Of a stretch of 64,000 bases of DNA, positions 50,698 to 62,532 are shown one piece after another. The notes below the pieces were generated by a model. It did no database searches and was not told where the DNA came from. It saw nothing but the letters and a program-made list of their open reading frames with translations. Origin of the DNA: Somniosus microcephalus (Eukaryota). The stretch covers positions 62,868,001 to 62,932,000 of the forward strand of contig CM126207.1 of the NCBI GenBank assembly GCA_052327205.1, in the 5' to 3' direction. Within the stretch, counting starts at the first letter, position 1; the number at the start of each line of letters is the position of its first letter. A program made the position numbers and the translations under genes.

Positions 50698-51380
50698 TTT
50701 GTCAGGGGGCTGGGAACCTAAGTGTGGGCCCAGAACAGAGAGAAACAACAAAGCTGGAAGTGCAAGTTAGAAAAGTAGTCAGCAAAACTAGTAGGGAGCA
50801 GAAACAAAGGCCAACAGTAAAGAAGGTCAAAGTGCAGAAAAATATTAAACAGGCAAAGTTGAAGGCACTTTATTTAAATGCACGTAGCATTCGCAACAAG
50901 GTGGATGAATTAATGGCACTAATAGAAGTAAATGGGTATGATGTAATTGCCATTACAGAGACATGGTTGCAGGGTAACCAAAGCTGGGAACTGAATGTTC
51001 CAGGGTACTCAACATTTAGGAAGGACAGACAAAAAGGAAAAGGAGGTGGCGTAGCGCTGTTAATAAGGGATGAGATCGGTACGGTAGAGATAAAAGATCT
51101 TGGCTTGGCAGATCGTGATGTAGAACTGGAATCAGTTTGGGTGGAGCTAAGAAACAGCAAAGGGCGGAAAACATTGGTGGGAGTTGTGTATAGGCCACCA
51201 AACAGCAGTGGTAATGTAGGGCACAGTATCAATCAAGAGATTAGAAGTGTATGTAACAAGGGCAATACGGTAATCATGAGGGACTTTAATCTACATATTG
51301 ACTGGGCAAATCAAATTACCACCAATGATGTGGATGACGAATTCTTGGAATGCATGCAAGATGGTTTCTTGGATCAGTAT

Positions 51381-52058
51381 CAACAGGTGGCAACAGGTGA
51401 CATCACAGAATGAAATTTCATCTGCCAAGAGGTCTTGACAGATGAAATATCAGTGTTTCACAGCTGTTTGAAGCTGTCAAACACTGAGTCTGACTTCTAA
51501 CCTGAGTCCTTCTACACAGACTCAGTTAGAACTCTCACCGGCAATGAAAGCTGAATGCTGTCACTTTTGACAGCTCGCAGCCATTTTGCTTTCAGTGCCG
51601 GCTGAGTGATGGACTCCCGAAACCTAGAGGAAGAAAGGCTGTTTAGGTAAGTACAGGTAATTTAAACTTCTTTACACACTTTAGACACACCAAACACACT
51701 TACCTTTGCACTCATGCACCCATCACTCACCTGAACACCGACATCTCGACCCCTCCAAGTCCTTCAACCCGACGGCCCGCCTGCTCTACCCTGGCGTGGT
51801 TTGGAGCCGTCGGGAATCCCACACGACACCCTTCAAAATAGGGATTAGGCTAAAAACTGCCTGTTAACAGGCAGTTAATTGGCACTAATCCCTTCCCGCC
51901 TCGGGTCGGCGGGTCCCAGTGCGGGGTGGGTACCCGCCTCCTTTGAAACTTACATGGAGGCGGGTTTTGGGCGGGATGGTGTTGGGACCCCCGAATTCAG
52001 GATTTTAGCCCCCTGCACGCCTAAAAGCCCGCCTCACAGCACACTGAAAATCGACCCC
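51381..52058. mobile_element. Left-truncated Harbinger MITE (family of 14776-15594) with adjacent CR1 deletion
   Basis: High similarity to 14935-15594; ends TGAAAATCGACCCC|TTT. Confidence 0.88.
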
Positions 52059-52787
52059 TTTGTTTCTGTCTTCACGGAGGAAAACACAAAAAACCTCCCA
52101 GAAATACGAGAAAACCAAGGGTGTGGCGAGAATGAGGAACTTAAAGAAAGTATTAGTAAAAAAACAGTACTAGCAAAATTAATGGGACTAAAAGTCGATA
52201 AATCCCAAGGACCAGATGACCTACATCCTAGGGTTTTGAAAGAGGTGATCTTTGGGATAGTGGACGCATTGGTTGTCATCTTCCAAAATTCTATAGATTC
52301 TGGAACGGTTCCTGAAGATTGGAGGATAGCAAAATGTAACCCCGCTATTTAAGAAAGGAGGGAGAGAGAAAACGGGGAACTACAGACCTGTTAGCCTCAC
52401 ATCAATAATTGGGAAAATGCTGGAATCTATTATAAAGGATGCAATAACTGGGCACTTAGAAACTAATAGTTAGATTGGGCAGAGTCAACATGGATTTACG
52501 AAAGGGAAGTCCTGTTGACAAATCTATTGGAGTTCTTTGAGGATGTAGCTAATGGAGTAGACAAAGAGGAACCGGTAGATGTGGTGTATTTGGATTTTCA
52601 GAAGGCCTTCGATAAGGTCCCACACAAGAAGTTGGTGAACAAAATTAGGGCACATGGAATTGGTAGTAATATACTAGCATGGATTGAGAATTGGTTAACA
52701 GACAGAAAACAAAGAGTAGGGATAAACGGGTCTTTTTCAGGATGGCAGGCTATGACTAATGGGGTACTGCAAGGATCGGTGCTTGGG

Positions 52788-52873
52788 CCCCAGCTATTCA
52801 CAATCTATATCAAAGCACCCCAGCTATTCACAATCTATATCAAAGCACCCCAGCTATTCACAATCTACATCAA
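52788..52873 (+). repeat. 30-bp tandem triplication inside the CR1 RT
   Basis: Encodes [29 protein letters not shown]. Confidence 0.92.
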
Positions 52874-53849
52874 TGATTTAGATGAGGGGACTAAATGTAA
52901 CATTTCCAAATTTGCTGATGACACAAAGCTAGGTGGCAGTGTCAGTTGCGAAGAGGATGTGAAGAGGCTTCAAGGGGATCTCGACAGGCTCAATGAGTGG
53001 GCGAGAACATGGCAGATGGATTATAATGTGGATAAATGTGAAGTTATCCACTTTGGTAGAAAAAACAGAAAGGCAGAGTATTTCCTAAATGGTGAAAGAT
53101 TGGGGAATGCGGATGCTCAAAGGAACCTGGGTGTCCTTGTACATGAGTCACTGAAAGTGAATGTGCAGGTGCAGGTGCAGCAAGCCATTAGGAAGGCAAA
53201 TGGTATGCTGGCCTTCATTACAAGAGGATTTGAGGACAGGAGTAAAGAAGTCTTACTCCAATTATATAGGGCCTTGGTGAGACCACACCTGGAGTACTGT
53301 GTACAATTTTGGTCTCCTTACCTAAGGAAGGATATACTTGCCATAGAGGGAGTGTAACAAAGGTTCACAAGATTAATTCCTGGGATGGCGGGACTGTCGT
53401 ATGAGAAGAGATTGAGTAAACTAGGCCTGTATTCTCTTGAATTCAGAAGAATGAGAGGGGATCTCATTGAAGCATACAAAATTATTACAGGGCTTGATAG
53501 GGTGGGTGCTGGGAGAATGTTTCCCTTGGCTGGGGAGTCGAGAACCAGGGGCCACAGCCTCAGGGTAAAGGGTTGGCCATTCAGGACTGAGATGAGAAGA
53601 AATTTCTTCACACAGAGGGTGGTGAATCTTTGGAATTCTCTACCCCAAAGGGCTGTGGAGGCTCAGTTATTGGGTATATTCCAAACAGAAGTAGATAGAT
53701 TTCTGACTAGTAAGGGCATCAAGGGATATGGCGATAAGGCCGGTGAATGGAATTGAGGCAGATCAGCCATGATCTCATTGAATGGCGGAGCAGGCTCGAA
53801 GGGCCAAATGGCCTACTCCTGCTCCTATTTCTTACGTTCTTATGTTAAT

Positions 53850-54172
53850 ACATGACTTGAACGTGTAATCTCCAGTGAGTGCATTTTGAAAGTGTCTTCC
53901 TTTGGAAGAGGTCCCATATGCCTGATCCAGTATTTGAGGTGGTCATTAGAGATCCCATGGCATTACTCAAAGAAAAGCAAGGAGCTCTCCTAGCCCACTT
54001 TCCTCCCTCAACTAACAAGGTATTAGATTAAATGGTCATTCACTTCATTGCTGTTTGTGAAATCCTGCTGTGCACAAAATGGCTGCTGTGTTTGCTTAAG
54101 TAGTTGATTGTAGGCAAGGTGCTTTGGGTTATTTTTGAGAGATGTTAGAAACTACTGTACAAATGTTTGTCT
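53850..54172 (+). mobile_element. Deu-domain SINE (SacSINE1/AmnSINE1-like) body; head at about 49075-49105 displaced by CR1 E
   Basis: GATCCCATGGCA...CATTGCTGTTTGTG...TGCTGTGCACAAAATGGCTGC core; head remnant GTTGTGGGTTCAA. Confidence 0.7.
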
Positions 54173-54756
54173 TTATTTTTTTCACAAAACTAGAATATTA
54201 AACACTTTTCCTTTATTTGCCTAATAAAGAAAACAATAATGCTTTGGGGTATTGGCTAGCAACTTGGTAGACTAAGATGTTTGCACTGAAAATAACAGAC
54301 AGGTTTATGAACAATTAAAGCTCAGCATATAAATTCCAGGAATTTTCCTTTTATAAAGACGAGATTATGTGCCACCATAAACATCTCGAGTTATTTAAAA
54401 CCAACAGTCTTCTCATTTTCCATTCATCAGCACCTGATGGTTTAACCCCAACCTTCTGCCTGTAGCTCTCTATGTTCGTTTGCCATAAAGGCGGATAGAT
54501 CGGTTCTTCTGTTGAGTTCTCCAGCCCTCAGGGACCCAGCATAGAATAATGGTGCAGCTGTGGGCATGCTTCTACACCTTATCATAAGATTTATTAAGTG
54601 GATGTACTTAAACTCTACTCAGTGGATGCACTTAACTGTTACCTCAGGACTACAGGCCCTACCATTGTTTAGCTTAATACCGTCAGCACCTTTGTTATCT
54701 TGACTTTAATTAAGACTGCAGGCCTCATTTAATTAATGCCTGGATTCTGACACTTC

Positions 54757-55594
54757 GGCCGGAATTTTGCCGGTGCTCAGGGGGCGGGTTTGGAGGCGGG
54801 ACATCCGGCAAAATCGCAAAGATTGACAGCGGGTCGGAAACACGCCGTCAAGCCACCTCCAAACAATCTTCCCAGGTGTCGGGTCCCTGATTTGCGCATG
54901 GACCCAACACCTAGCGGCGGGAAGAGGATTATAGGCACTTAACTGCTTGTTAACAGGTTGTTAACAGGCAGTTAAGAGGCTTTTTGCAATTTTGACAGGT
55001 CTACTGTGGGTTTCCAGACGTCCGGACACCACGCCAGGTAAGTGTGGTGTGCTGCGGGTCTACTGTAATGTTTGTGCATTGATGACAGCTGCAGAAGTGG
55101 TGTGAAGGATCCAATGGTACACTGGTGAGTTTCAGAGGTAAGAAAATGTTGGGAAAATCATTTTTAATACATTTATACTTTTCTGTAGGTGACAAGTTTT
55201 AGATTGCCTGTGTAGTCCCACCTCATTGGGAGAATCTGTCTCACCAGTGACAGATCGCTTCTGTAACCTCACCGGCAGCTGCCATCTGTTCCAGCCTATG
55301 GAGGGAGTCACTGGAGAGCCTGGGTGCAAGGGCTCACCTTTGTACACTGAAAAATCAGCGGTCAAAAAAAAATTGTGCGTGGCCCCTTTAAGAAAACAGA
55401 CAGATGACACATCATCAACTGACATCATCTGACACTTGCTTCCTCTTAATTGGCCGGCAAGCCTGCAGGGCAGGCTTAACAAGGCCAATTGACGCAAAAT
55501 CGCAGCTGTGTGTCCGATGTCATTGGGGGCGGGACTGGAACCCGGAAGACAGCTGTCCCGCTCCCAAGCCGCATCGATAGGAAAAATCGTGGCC
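54757..55594. mobile_element. Non-autonomous Harbinger element (838 bp), related to 39772-40605
   Basis: TTC TSD; ends GGCCGGAATTTT / AAAATCGTGGCC. Confidence 0.87.
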
Positions 55595-56814
55595 TTCACC
55601 CCAGAACCTTAGCCCCAACTTGTTAGTGATAAAGCCTCTCTGAATTTGGCTTCACTAAATAAATTGTTGCCCTCACAGGGAATTAGCTCCCCGAACTAAC
55701 CTCGTTAAATTATTTTTTTAAGCAACTACTGTAAATAAATTCTGACAGGATTCAAATAAATAGCTAGTCTATGACAGTTATTAAATAATTTATTGCATTG
55801 AATCATTAAGTAAATAAATCAACTCCCTTTTGTTTTTGATAAAATAATTAAATCAGTGATTGAATGAAATAAATTCTGAATTGGCTTGAATAAATAAATA
55901 ACTTCCTGGATGAGGACAAGGTGGAAATATATAATCAAATAAACACTCACATGCGTTGAATAAATTTAGTGACTAGATATTATGCACAAACGAAAACACT
56001 ATGCAGTGCATCAAATAAATGTATCTAATTAACTTGGTCATTTGATTAAGCTACAACCTTTGATCACACAGCTCCATTTATGTTGAAAACACTATTCACA
56101 GTAGCTTATTGCTTCCTTTACCAAAGGCCATTGTCCTCTATTCCTGTACGTTATTTGATGTTCAGCACTGCTCTCGACATTCCTCTCATTTATTCTGTTG
56201 CTGCTTCACCTGTAAGGCAGGGTTTCCTTCTGTTGCACTCTGCATAGACTGTTTCCTTTCCTGATCCCCCCAGGATCTACCACTGAAAATGTTGTAGTGC
56301 TGTAATAGCGCTCCAGAAACGCCAATAAAACAAGGATTTGGGGAATTTGTATTTTAACAGTGAGCTCTGATGATTTCATAGAATTTCACAGAATGACAGA
56401 TTTTACAACACAAAGGGATGCTATTCAACTACAGCTAAAACCACGCCCTTGACCTATCTCCATATCTTTTGTATTCTTCCTTTTCAAATAATTATCCAAT
56501 TCCCACTGGGTGCAGGGGAAGTTGTATTTCAAATAACGGAAATGGAGAAAGATATAAACGCTGGAATTATTCAGTATCAACTCAGTTGTTTTATGAGCCC
56601 AGTGGTGTTAGCAGCATTCGTAAAAAAATTATACATATTTTTGACACAAAAACACTGCGACCTTAAAATGGACAGAGCAAAACAAAAGGAGGGTAATACT
56701 AATCTGAAGCACCATCTTTAAGTTTTGTTCGAAATGTAAAACAAACATGGAAATCAATACTGGATACAGGGTAACAAGATTAATACATTGTAGGTTAAGA
56801 TGAAATAGACTTAC

Positions 56815-56856
56815 CTAATATTCCTGTTCCTAAGATACAGGCAATTGAAATGAAAT
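56815..56856 (-). CDS. Host gene internal exon A (42 nt, phase 1-1): (Y)FISIACILGTGIL(G), TM1 of an amino-acid transporter-like protein (Aa_trans/APC fold)
   Basis: Minus strand: poly-T...tcag acceptor and G|gtaagt donor. Splices in frame to 44334 to give GTGILGLP, the broken-helix TM1 motif typical of AAAP/HAAAP transporters. Confidence 0.88.
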
Positions 56857-56984
56857 CTGAAAAAAAATGAAATTTAATAAAATATTCATTCACTATTATA
56901 TGTTTAAACACTGAAGCTTACCTTTTAAACAGCGTAACATAATTATCTCACATAAGATGATAGATTTTCTGATCCCAGTGAAAA

Positions 56985-59373
56985 TCAGTCCAGAATTGCC
57001 AGAACAAAGTGCAAAGTTGGCCGGAAGTGCAGACCTGAGCGGGTGCGGCGGCAGCGGCTTAAAGGGAACTGAGCGGCGACTTAAAAAAAGTGACGTCACA
57101 GGACAGCAGGCAGGCGATTGGTTGGCGAGTATTACAGCTCTTTTGCTCTCTAGGTTAGGTAAGTGAATTAAATTCAGAACTGGGAGAGTATTAACTACTG
57201 TAACTTTATTGAATTAATAACTAAATTAACTAATTAAAACTAAAAATTTAAAGTAAAAATAATCGTTTGAATGAATACTGCAACTAATTATATAAATAAT
57301 ATAAGGTTAGATAGGGATGGCAGGGCAGGTGGTGTGTCATAACTGCAGCATGTGGGAGTTGGTGGAGACCAATGAGATCCTGAGCAACTACATCTATGGT
57401 AAGTGCCTGCAGCTCGAGGACTTCGGCTCAGAGTTGTTGAGCTGGAATCCGAGCTACAGATATGCGAAGCATCAGGGGAGGGGCAGTCACACCCCTTAGG
57501 TTAAGCAGTACTTTAGAGTTAGTCAATGGTCAGGAGGATGTGACTGTGAGTCAGGGAGCTATGGAGACCCAGGGTATGGTGATGGAGGAGCCTCAGCCCT
57601 TGACCTTGTCCAACAGGTATGAGGTACTTGCTGCCTGTATGGATGAGAACAAGGACTGCAGGCAGGATGGGCAAACTGACCACTCGAGGGGGGGGGGGCG
57701 AAGGAATGTGGTAGTGGTAGGTGACAGTTTAGTCAGGGGGATAGATACTGTTCTCTGCAGCCACGACAGGGAGTACCAAAGGCTGTGTTGCCTGCCCAGT
57801 GCCAGGGTTAAGGATATCTCCTCGCGGCTGGAGAAAACTTGGAGTGGGAGGGGGAGGATCCAGTTGTCGTGGTCCACGTAGGAACCAACAACATAGACAG
57901 AACTAGGAATGAGGTTCTGCTGAGGGAGTTTGAGGAGCTAGGATCCAAATTAAAAAGCAAAACCTCAAAGGTAATAATCTCTGGATTGTCACCTGAGCCA
58001 TGCGCAAATTGGCATAGGGACAAACAGATTAGAGGTATAAATGCGTGGCTCAGAGTGGTGTGGGAGGAAGGGGTTTCAGTTCATGGGGCACTGGCACCAG
58101 TACTGGAGAAAGAGGGATCTGTTCCAATGGGATGGGCTCCACTTAAACCAAGCTGGGACTAGTGTCCTGGTGAATCAAATAACTAGGGCAGTAGAAAGGG
58201 CTTTAAACTAATGAAGGAGGGTGGGAACATTCAGGAAAGAGTACATTTAAAAGCAGCAAGAGAAATGTCATGGCTCTAGAGCAGAGTAGAGTTTTGGGTA
58301 AAAATAAGCAGAGGGTCAGGAAAGGACAGAGAGAGTAACAAAGGTAATAGGGCAGCAGTGACTAAGGTGACATCAGCAAAAAATAGAAAAAAGTCAAAGC
58401 TAAAGGCACTATATCTGAATGCGCGAAGCATTCACAACAAAATAGATGAATTAATAGCGCAGATAGAAATTAATAGGTTTGATCTAATAGCCATTACCAA
58501 GACGTGGTAGCAAAGCGGCCAAGGTTGGGAACTAAATATTCCAGGATACTTAACTTTTAGAAGAGATAGGTAAAATGGAAAAGGAAGAGGGGTAGCCCTG
58601 ATAATAAAGGATGGGATAAAGACAGTAGAGAGATGGGATGGAGAGTGATAGAAGATTTGAGGTTAGGATCAGATCAGCCATGATCTTATTGAATGGTGGA
58701 GCAGGCTCGAGGGGCCGATTGGCCTACTCCTACTCCTATTTCTTATGTTCTTATGTTTAAAGGATCTTAGCTCTGAAAATCAAGAAGTAGAATCAGTTTT
58801 GTTGGAGCTAAGAAACAGCAAGAGGCAGAAATCATTGGTGGAAGTTGTTTATAGACCCCCAAACAGTAGTTGTAATGTAGGGCAGAGTATAAATCAGAAA
58901 ATTAGAGGCGCATGTAACAAGGGTAATACAATAATCATGAGGGACTTTAATCTACATATAGACTGGTCAAACTAAATTTGCAGTAATAGTGTGGAGGACA
59001 AATTCATGGAATGTATACAAGATAGTTTTCTAGATCAGTATGTTCAGGAACCAACAAGGGAACAGGCTATTTTAGATCTAGTATTGTGCAATGAGAAAGG
59101 GTTAATTAATAACCTTGTAGTAAAGGGGCCTTTAGGGAAGAGTGACTATAATATGATAGAATTTTATTTAAAGGAGGACCAAGAAATTGATAAAGAAATG
59201 GAAAATTGAATGAGACTAAACTAGTAAAAGACATAAAAACAGACTGTAAAAGCTTCTATAGGTATGTAAAAAGGAAAAGATTAGTGAAAGTAAATGTGGG
59301 TCCCTTACAGGCTGAGACAGGAGAAATTATAACGGGGAATAAGGAAATGGCAGAGAAATAAAACAAATACTTT
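56985..59373 (+). mobile_element. CR1 LINE F 5' half (ORF1 57317-58211 decayed, endonuclease), with a short CR1 3'-end insert at about 58634-58757
   Basis: CHNC, VGDSLVRG, HVGTNN, LNARSI; ends at NKYF. Confidence 0.88.
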
Positions 59374-59680
59374 GGCCGCAAATTTAATTCAGGAGGCAGG
59401 ATGTGGCGGGTCAGCTGGTTTCCGGGTTCCGGTCCTGCCCCCAGCTGCCTCCGCTCTACAAACATGATTTCCCCTTGATTGGCCTTGTTACCGGCCAATT
59501 AACAGGAAGCAGGTCTGATGACGTCATTTGATGACACGTCATCTGCCGGTTTCCTTAAAGGGACCATGCACAATTTTATTTTGACAGTTGATCTGTCAGT
59601 GTTTGATAGCATTGAGGTGCTGCAAACACTGACAATCACTGCACAAAGGTGCAAATGGGGCGATACCGAATTTCTCCCCC
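59374..59680. mobile_element. Chimeric junction: MITE end plus TIR of the 33826-type Harbinger
   Basis: Starts GGCCGCAAATTTAA; ends GGGGCGATACCGAATTTCTCCCCC (compare 37904-37927). Confidence 0.78.
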
Positions 59681-61492
59681 TTTTACTCTTATACTCAAAT
59701 CCACTTGCTTTCCTAATTGCTTGCTGTACCTGCATGTTAACTTTCAGTGATTTGTGTACAAGGACACCCAGGTCCCTCTGAACACCAATATTTCCCAATC
59801 TACCACCATTTAAAAAATACTCTGCTTTTCTATTTTTCCTACCAAAATGGATAGCTTCACATTTCTCCACATTATATTCCATTTGCCATGTTCTTGCCCA
59901 CTCACTTAGCCTGTCCATATCCCCTTGAAGCCTCTTTGCATCCTCCTCACAACTTACATTCCCACCCAGCTTTGTATCATCAGCAAACTTGGATATATTG
60001 GGCTGGATATTCCAATCCCTATGGGTGGGTACATGCTGGTTTCAGGCATTCACTGCGCATGCGCTGGAAACCAGCATTTCCAATCTGTCAAGAAAGCTCT
60101 TGACAGATCGTCCAGCTGCCTGGGAGAAGGGCCTCTGCGGGCGGAGAGTTCCGCTTTTTGGAGATCCTCCGCATGCAGAAAACCCTTACAATTCTTACGC
60201 CTGGTAAAGTAAGGCCGCTTTTACCAGGATAAGAGTTGAAAAAAAGTTTAAAAATTTTTTTTCCACTGATTTATAAAAATACTTTAAAAAAGGTAAGTTT
60301 ATTTTTAGCCCCGTAAAAAACTTTAATTATTTTTTTCAAAAATTTAAAGTTTTGTTTAAAATAGTTAGTTTATTTGTACTTTCAAGTCATTTTAAAAATG
60401 TGATTTAAAAAAAAAATTATTTAAAGTTTTACTATGTTTTGGGGGTGATCTCCATTCGTATATTTGACAGGTCTTCCTGTCAAATGTATGAAGGGAGACT
60501 CCCTTCTTTGATTGGCTTCCCAAGGCCCACATGATCCCAGGGATGCTGCGAATTACATGCACCTCTGGGATACGTGGGCCCTGCGTACCGGCAGTTTGGA
60601 GAGGCCCAGCATCAGAACTGTGCGCCTCCCGGGAGCCCTCCGGTAAGTGCGCAGATTTTTCCAGATCACAGTCCTCTGCCCGCGGGAGGCCTGCGATCGG
60701 AATATCTGGGTAATTACATTTGGTGCCCTCATCCAAATCATTGATGTAGATTGTGAATACCTGAGACCCAAGCACTGATCCTTGCGGTAACTCACTAGTT
60801 ACAGCCTGTCAACCTGAAAATGACCCGTTTATTCCTACTCTCTGTTTTCCGTCCATTAACCAATTCTCAAGCCATGCGAGCATATTACCCCCAATCCCAT
60901 GAGCCCTAAATTTGTTTAATAACCTCTTGTGTGGCACTTGTCGAATGCCTTCTGAAAATCCAAATACACCACATCCACTGGTTCCCCTTTATCTATTCTG
61001 CTAGTTACAACCTCAAAAAACTCGCTTTGTCAAACACGATTTCCCTTTCATAAATCCACGTTGACTCTGCCCAATCCTATTACTATTTTCCAAGTGCCCT
61101 GTTACCACGTTCTTAATAATAGATTCCAGCATTTTCCCCACAACTGATGTCAGGCTAACTGGTCTGTAGTTCCCTGTTTTTTCTCTCCCTCCTTTCTTAA
61201 ATAGCAGGATAACATTTGCTACCTTCCAATCTGCGGGAACCGTTCAAGAATCTATGGAATTTTGGAAGATGGCAACCAATGCATCCACTATCTCTATAGC
61301 CACCTCTTTTAAAATCCTAGGATGTAGGCCATCAGGTCCAAGGGATTTATCGGCTTTCAGTCCCATTAATTTCTCCAGTACTATTTTTTTACCAATACTA
61401 ATTTCTTTCAGTTCCTCGTTCTCGCTAGACCCTTGGTTCTCCACTATTTCAGGGAAGTTTATTGTGCCTTCTTTCGTGAAGACAGACACAAA
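59681..61492 (-). mobile_element. Inverted continuation of CR1 F (FVSVF to GFEYKSK)
   Basis: Starts at the exact codon where the plus-strand part stops. Confidence 0.85.
60000..60712. mobile_element. Harbinger-type MITE
   Basis: ATT TSD; ends GGGCTGGATATTCC / GGAATATCTGGG. Confidence 0.72.
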
Positions 61493-61665
61493 GGCCGCGA
61501 ATGTAACCACACCGAGGGCGTGGGTTTGGAGGCGGGACTGCTGTCAAAATCGCAAAGATCGACAGCGGGTAGGAAACCCACTGACAACCCGCCTCCATGC
61601 GAGTCTCCCAGGTGTCGGGTCTGTCAGCACAGAACTGACCCGATACCAAGTGGGGGTGGGTGGAA
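61493..61665. mobile_element. Other end of the MITE begun at 59374
   Basis: GGCCGCGAATGTAA after AAA (TTT TSD on the minus strand). Confidence 0.75.
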
Positions 61666-61993
61666 TTATGACTGAAGAGTCACTGGAACTCAGTAAGACA
61701 CTTCTCAATGTCCATTCAGATCTGTCCAATAAGGGGCACTTTTGGAAAAAGATATTATACTGAATGACAACACATTACCAGAAACTTCACATGGACATTG
61801 GCTAAACCTCTCAAGTGGCTACCCATGTGTCTTGTTAGTTGCTATGCTTGCAGTAGGATGAGGGTGAGTATGAGGAGTGGCTGGTGAGATGGGGAAGTGA
61901 TAAAATAGATAGGGTTGGTTGGAGGTGTCCTGGGGAGGTCTCTTCCGCCCTTGGAAAGGAATAGAACCTCCCTGCATGCTGTGACTCCCTCCA

Positions 61994-62498
61994 TATCTGC
62001 CACAGAAGTCTGGTGCAGGATGAAGGCATCGTGGCTGCTGCCTGGAAAGTGGGCATTGACAGCGAGTATCACAGGAATGGAAGCCCTTTCGGTTGCGGAA
62101 ATCCTCGGCATTCTCTTGCGGTGCCCGCAAAGCCACATGCGTGCAGTCAATGGCACCCTGCACCATGGGGAAGCCCGCTATCCTAGCAAAGCCCTTTGCG
62201 CGTTCTTGCTGCTTGTCCGGGGTCATGGGGAAAGAGATGTACTCTCGTCTCCTTGTAAAGAGGGCATTTGTTACCTGACGGATGCAGCAATGCACCGTAA
62301 ACTGGGAGATATTGGCGATGGTCCCAGTAGCTGATTGAAATGAGCCGGTGGCATAAAAGTTGAGAGCCACTGTTAAATTCACTGCCACTGACAGAGACGT
62401 CCTGCTCCTCAGTTGAGGCTGCAGATCTGGCTGAAGCAGGTGGCAGAGCTCAGTGACCACCTCCTTGCTGAATCGCAGCCTTCAGAAACAGTGCTTCT
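61994..62498 (-). pseudogene. Harbinger transposase fragment, same family as 34319-35458
   Basis: VTELCHLLQPDLQPQLR...GAIDCTHVALRAP...RKGFHS. Confidence 0.9.
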
Positions 62499-62532
62499 AA
62501 GAACTGACCCGATACCAAGTGGGGGTGGGTGA

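Larger units (their letters stand above)
49108..53846 (+). mobile_element. CR1 LINE E with 5'UTR, intact ORF1, internally deleted ORF2 and 3' tail
   Basis: 67-bp monomers 49112-49285, ORF1 49747-50697, endonuclease to about 51380, RT 52059-53756, tail to 53846. Confidence 0.93.

Noticed and set aside
54430-55710. Possible solo LTR around the 54757 MITE
   Set aside because: AATAAA and TG/CA candidates are present, but there is no matching TSD or second copy in the window.
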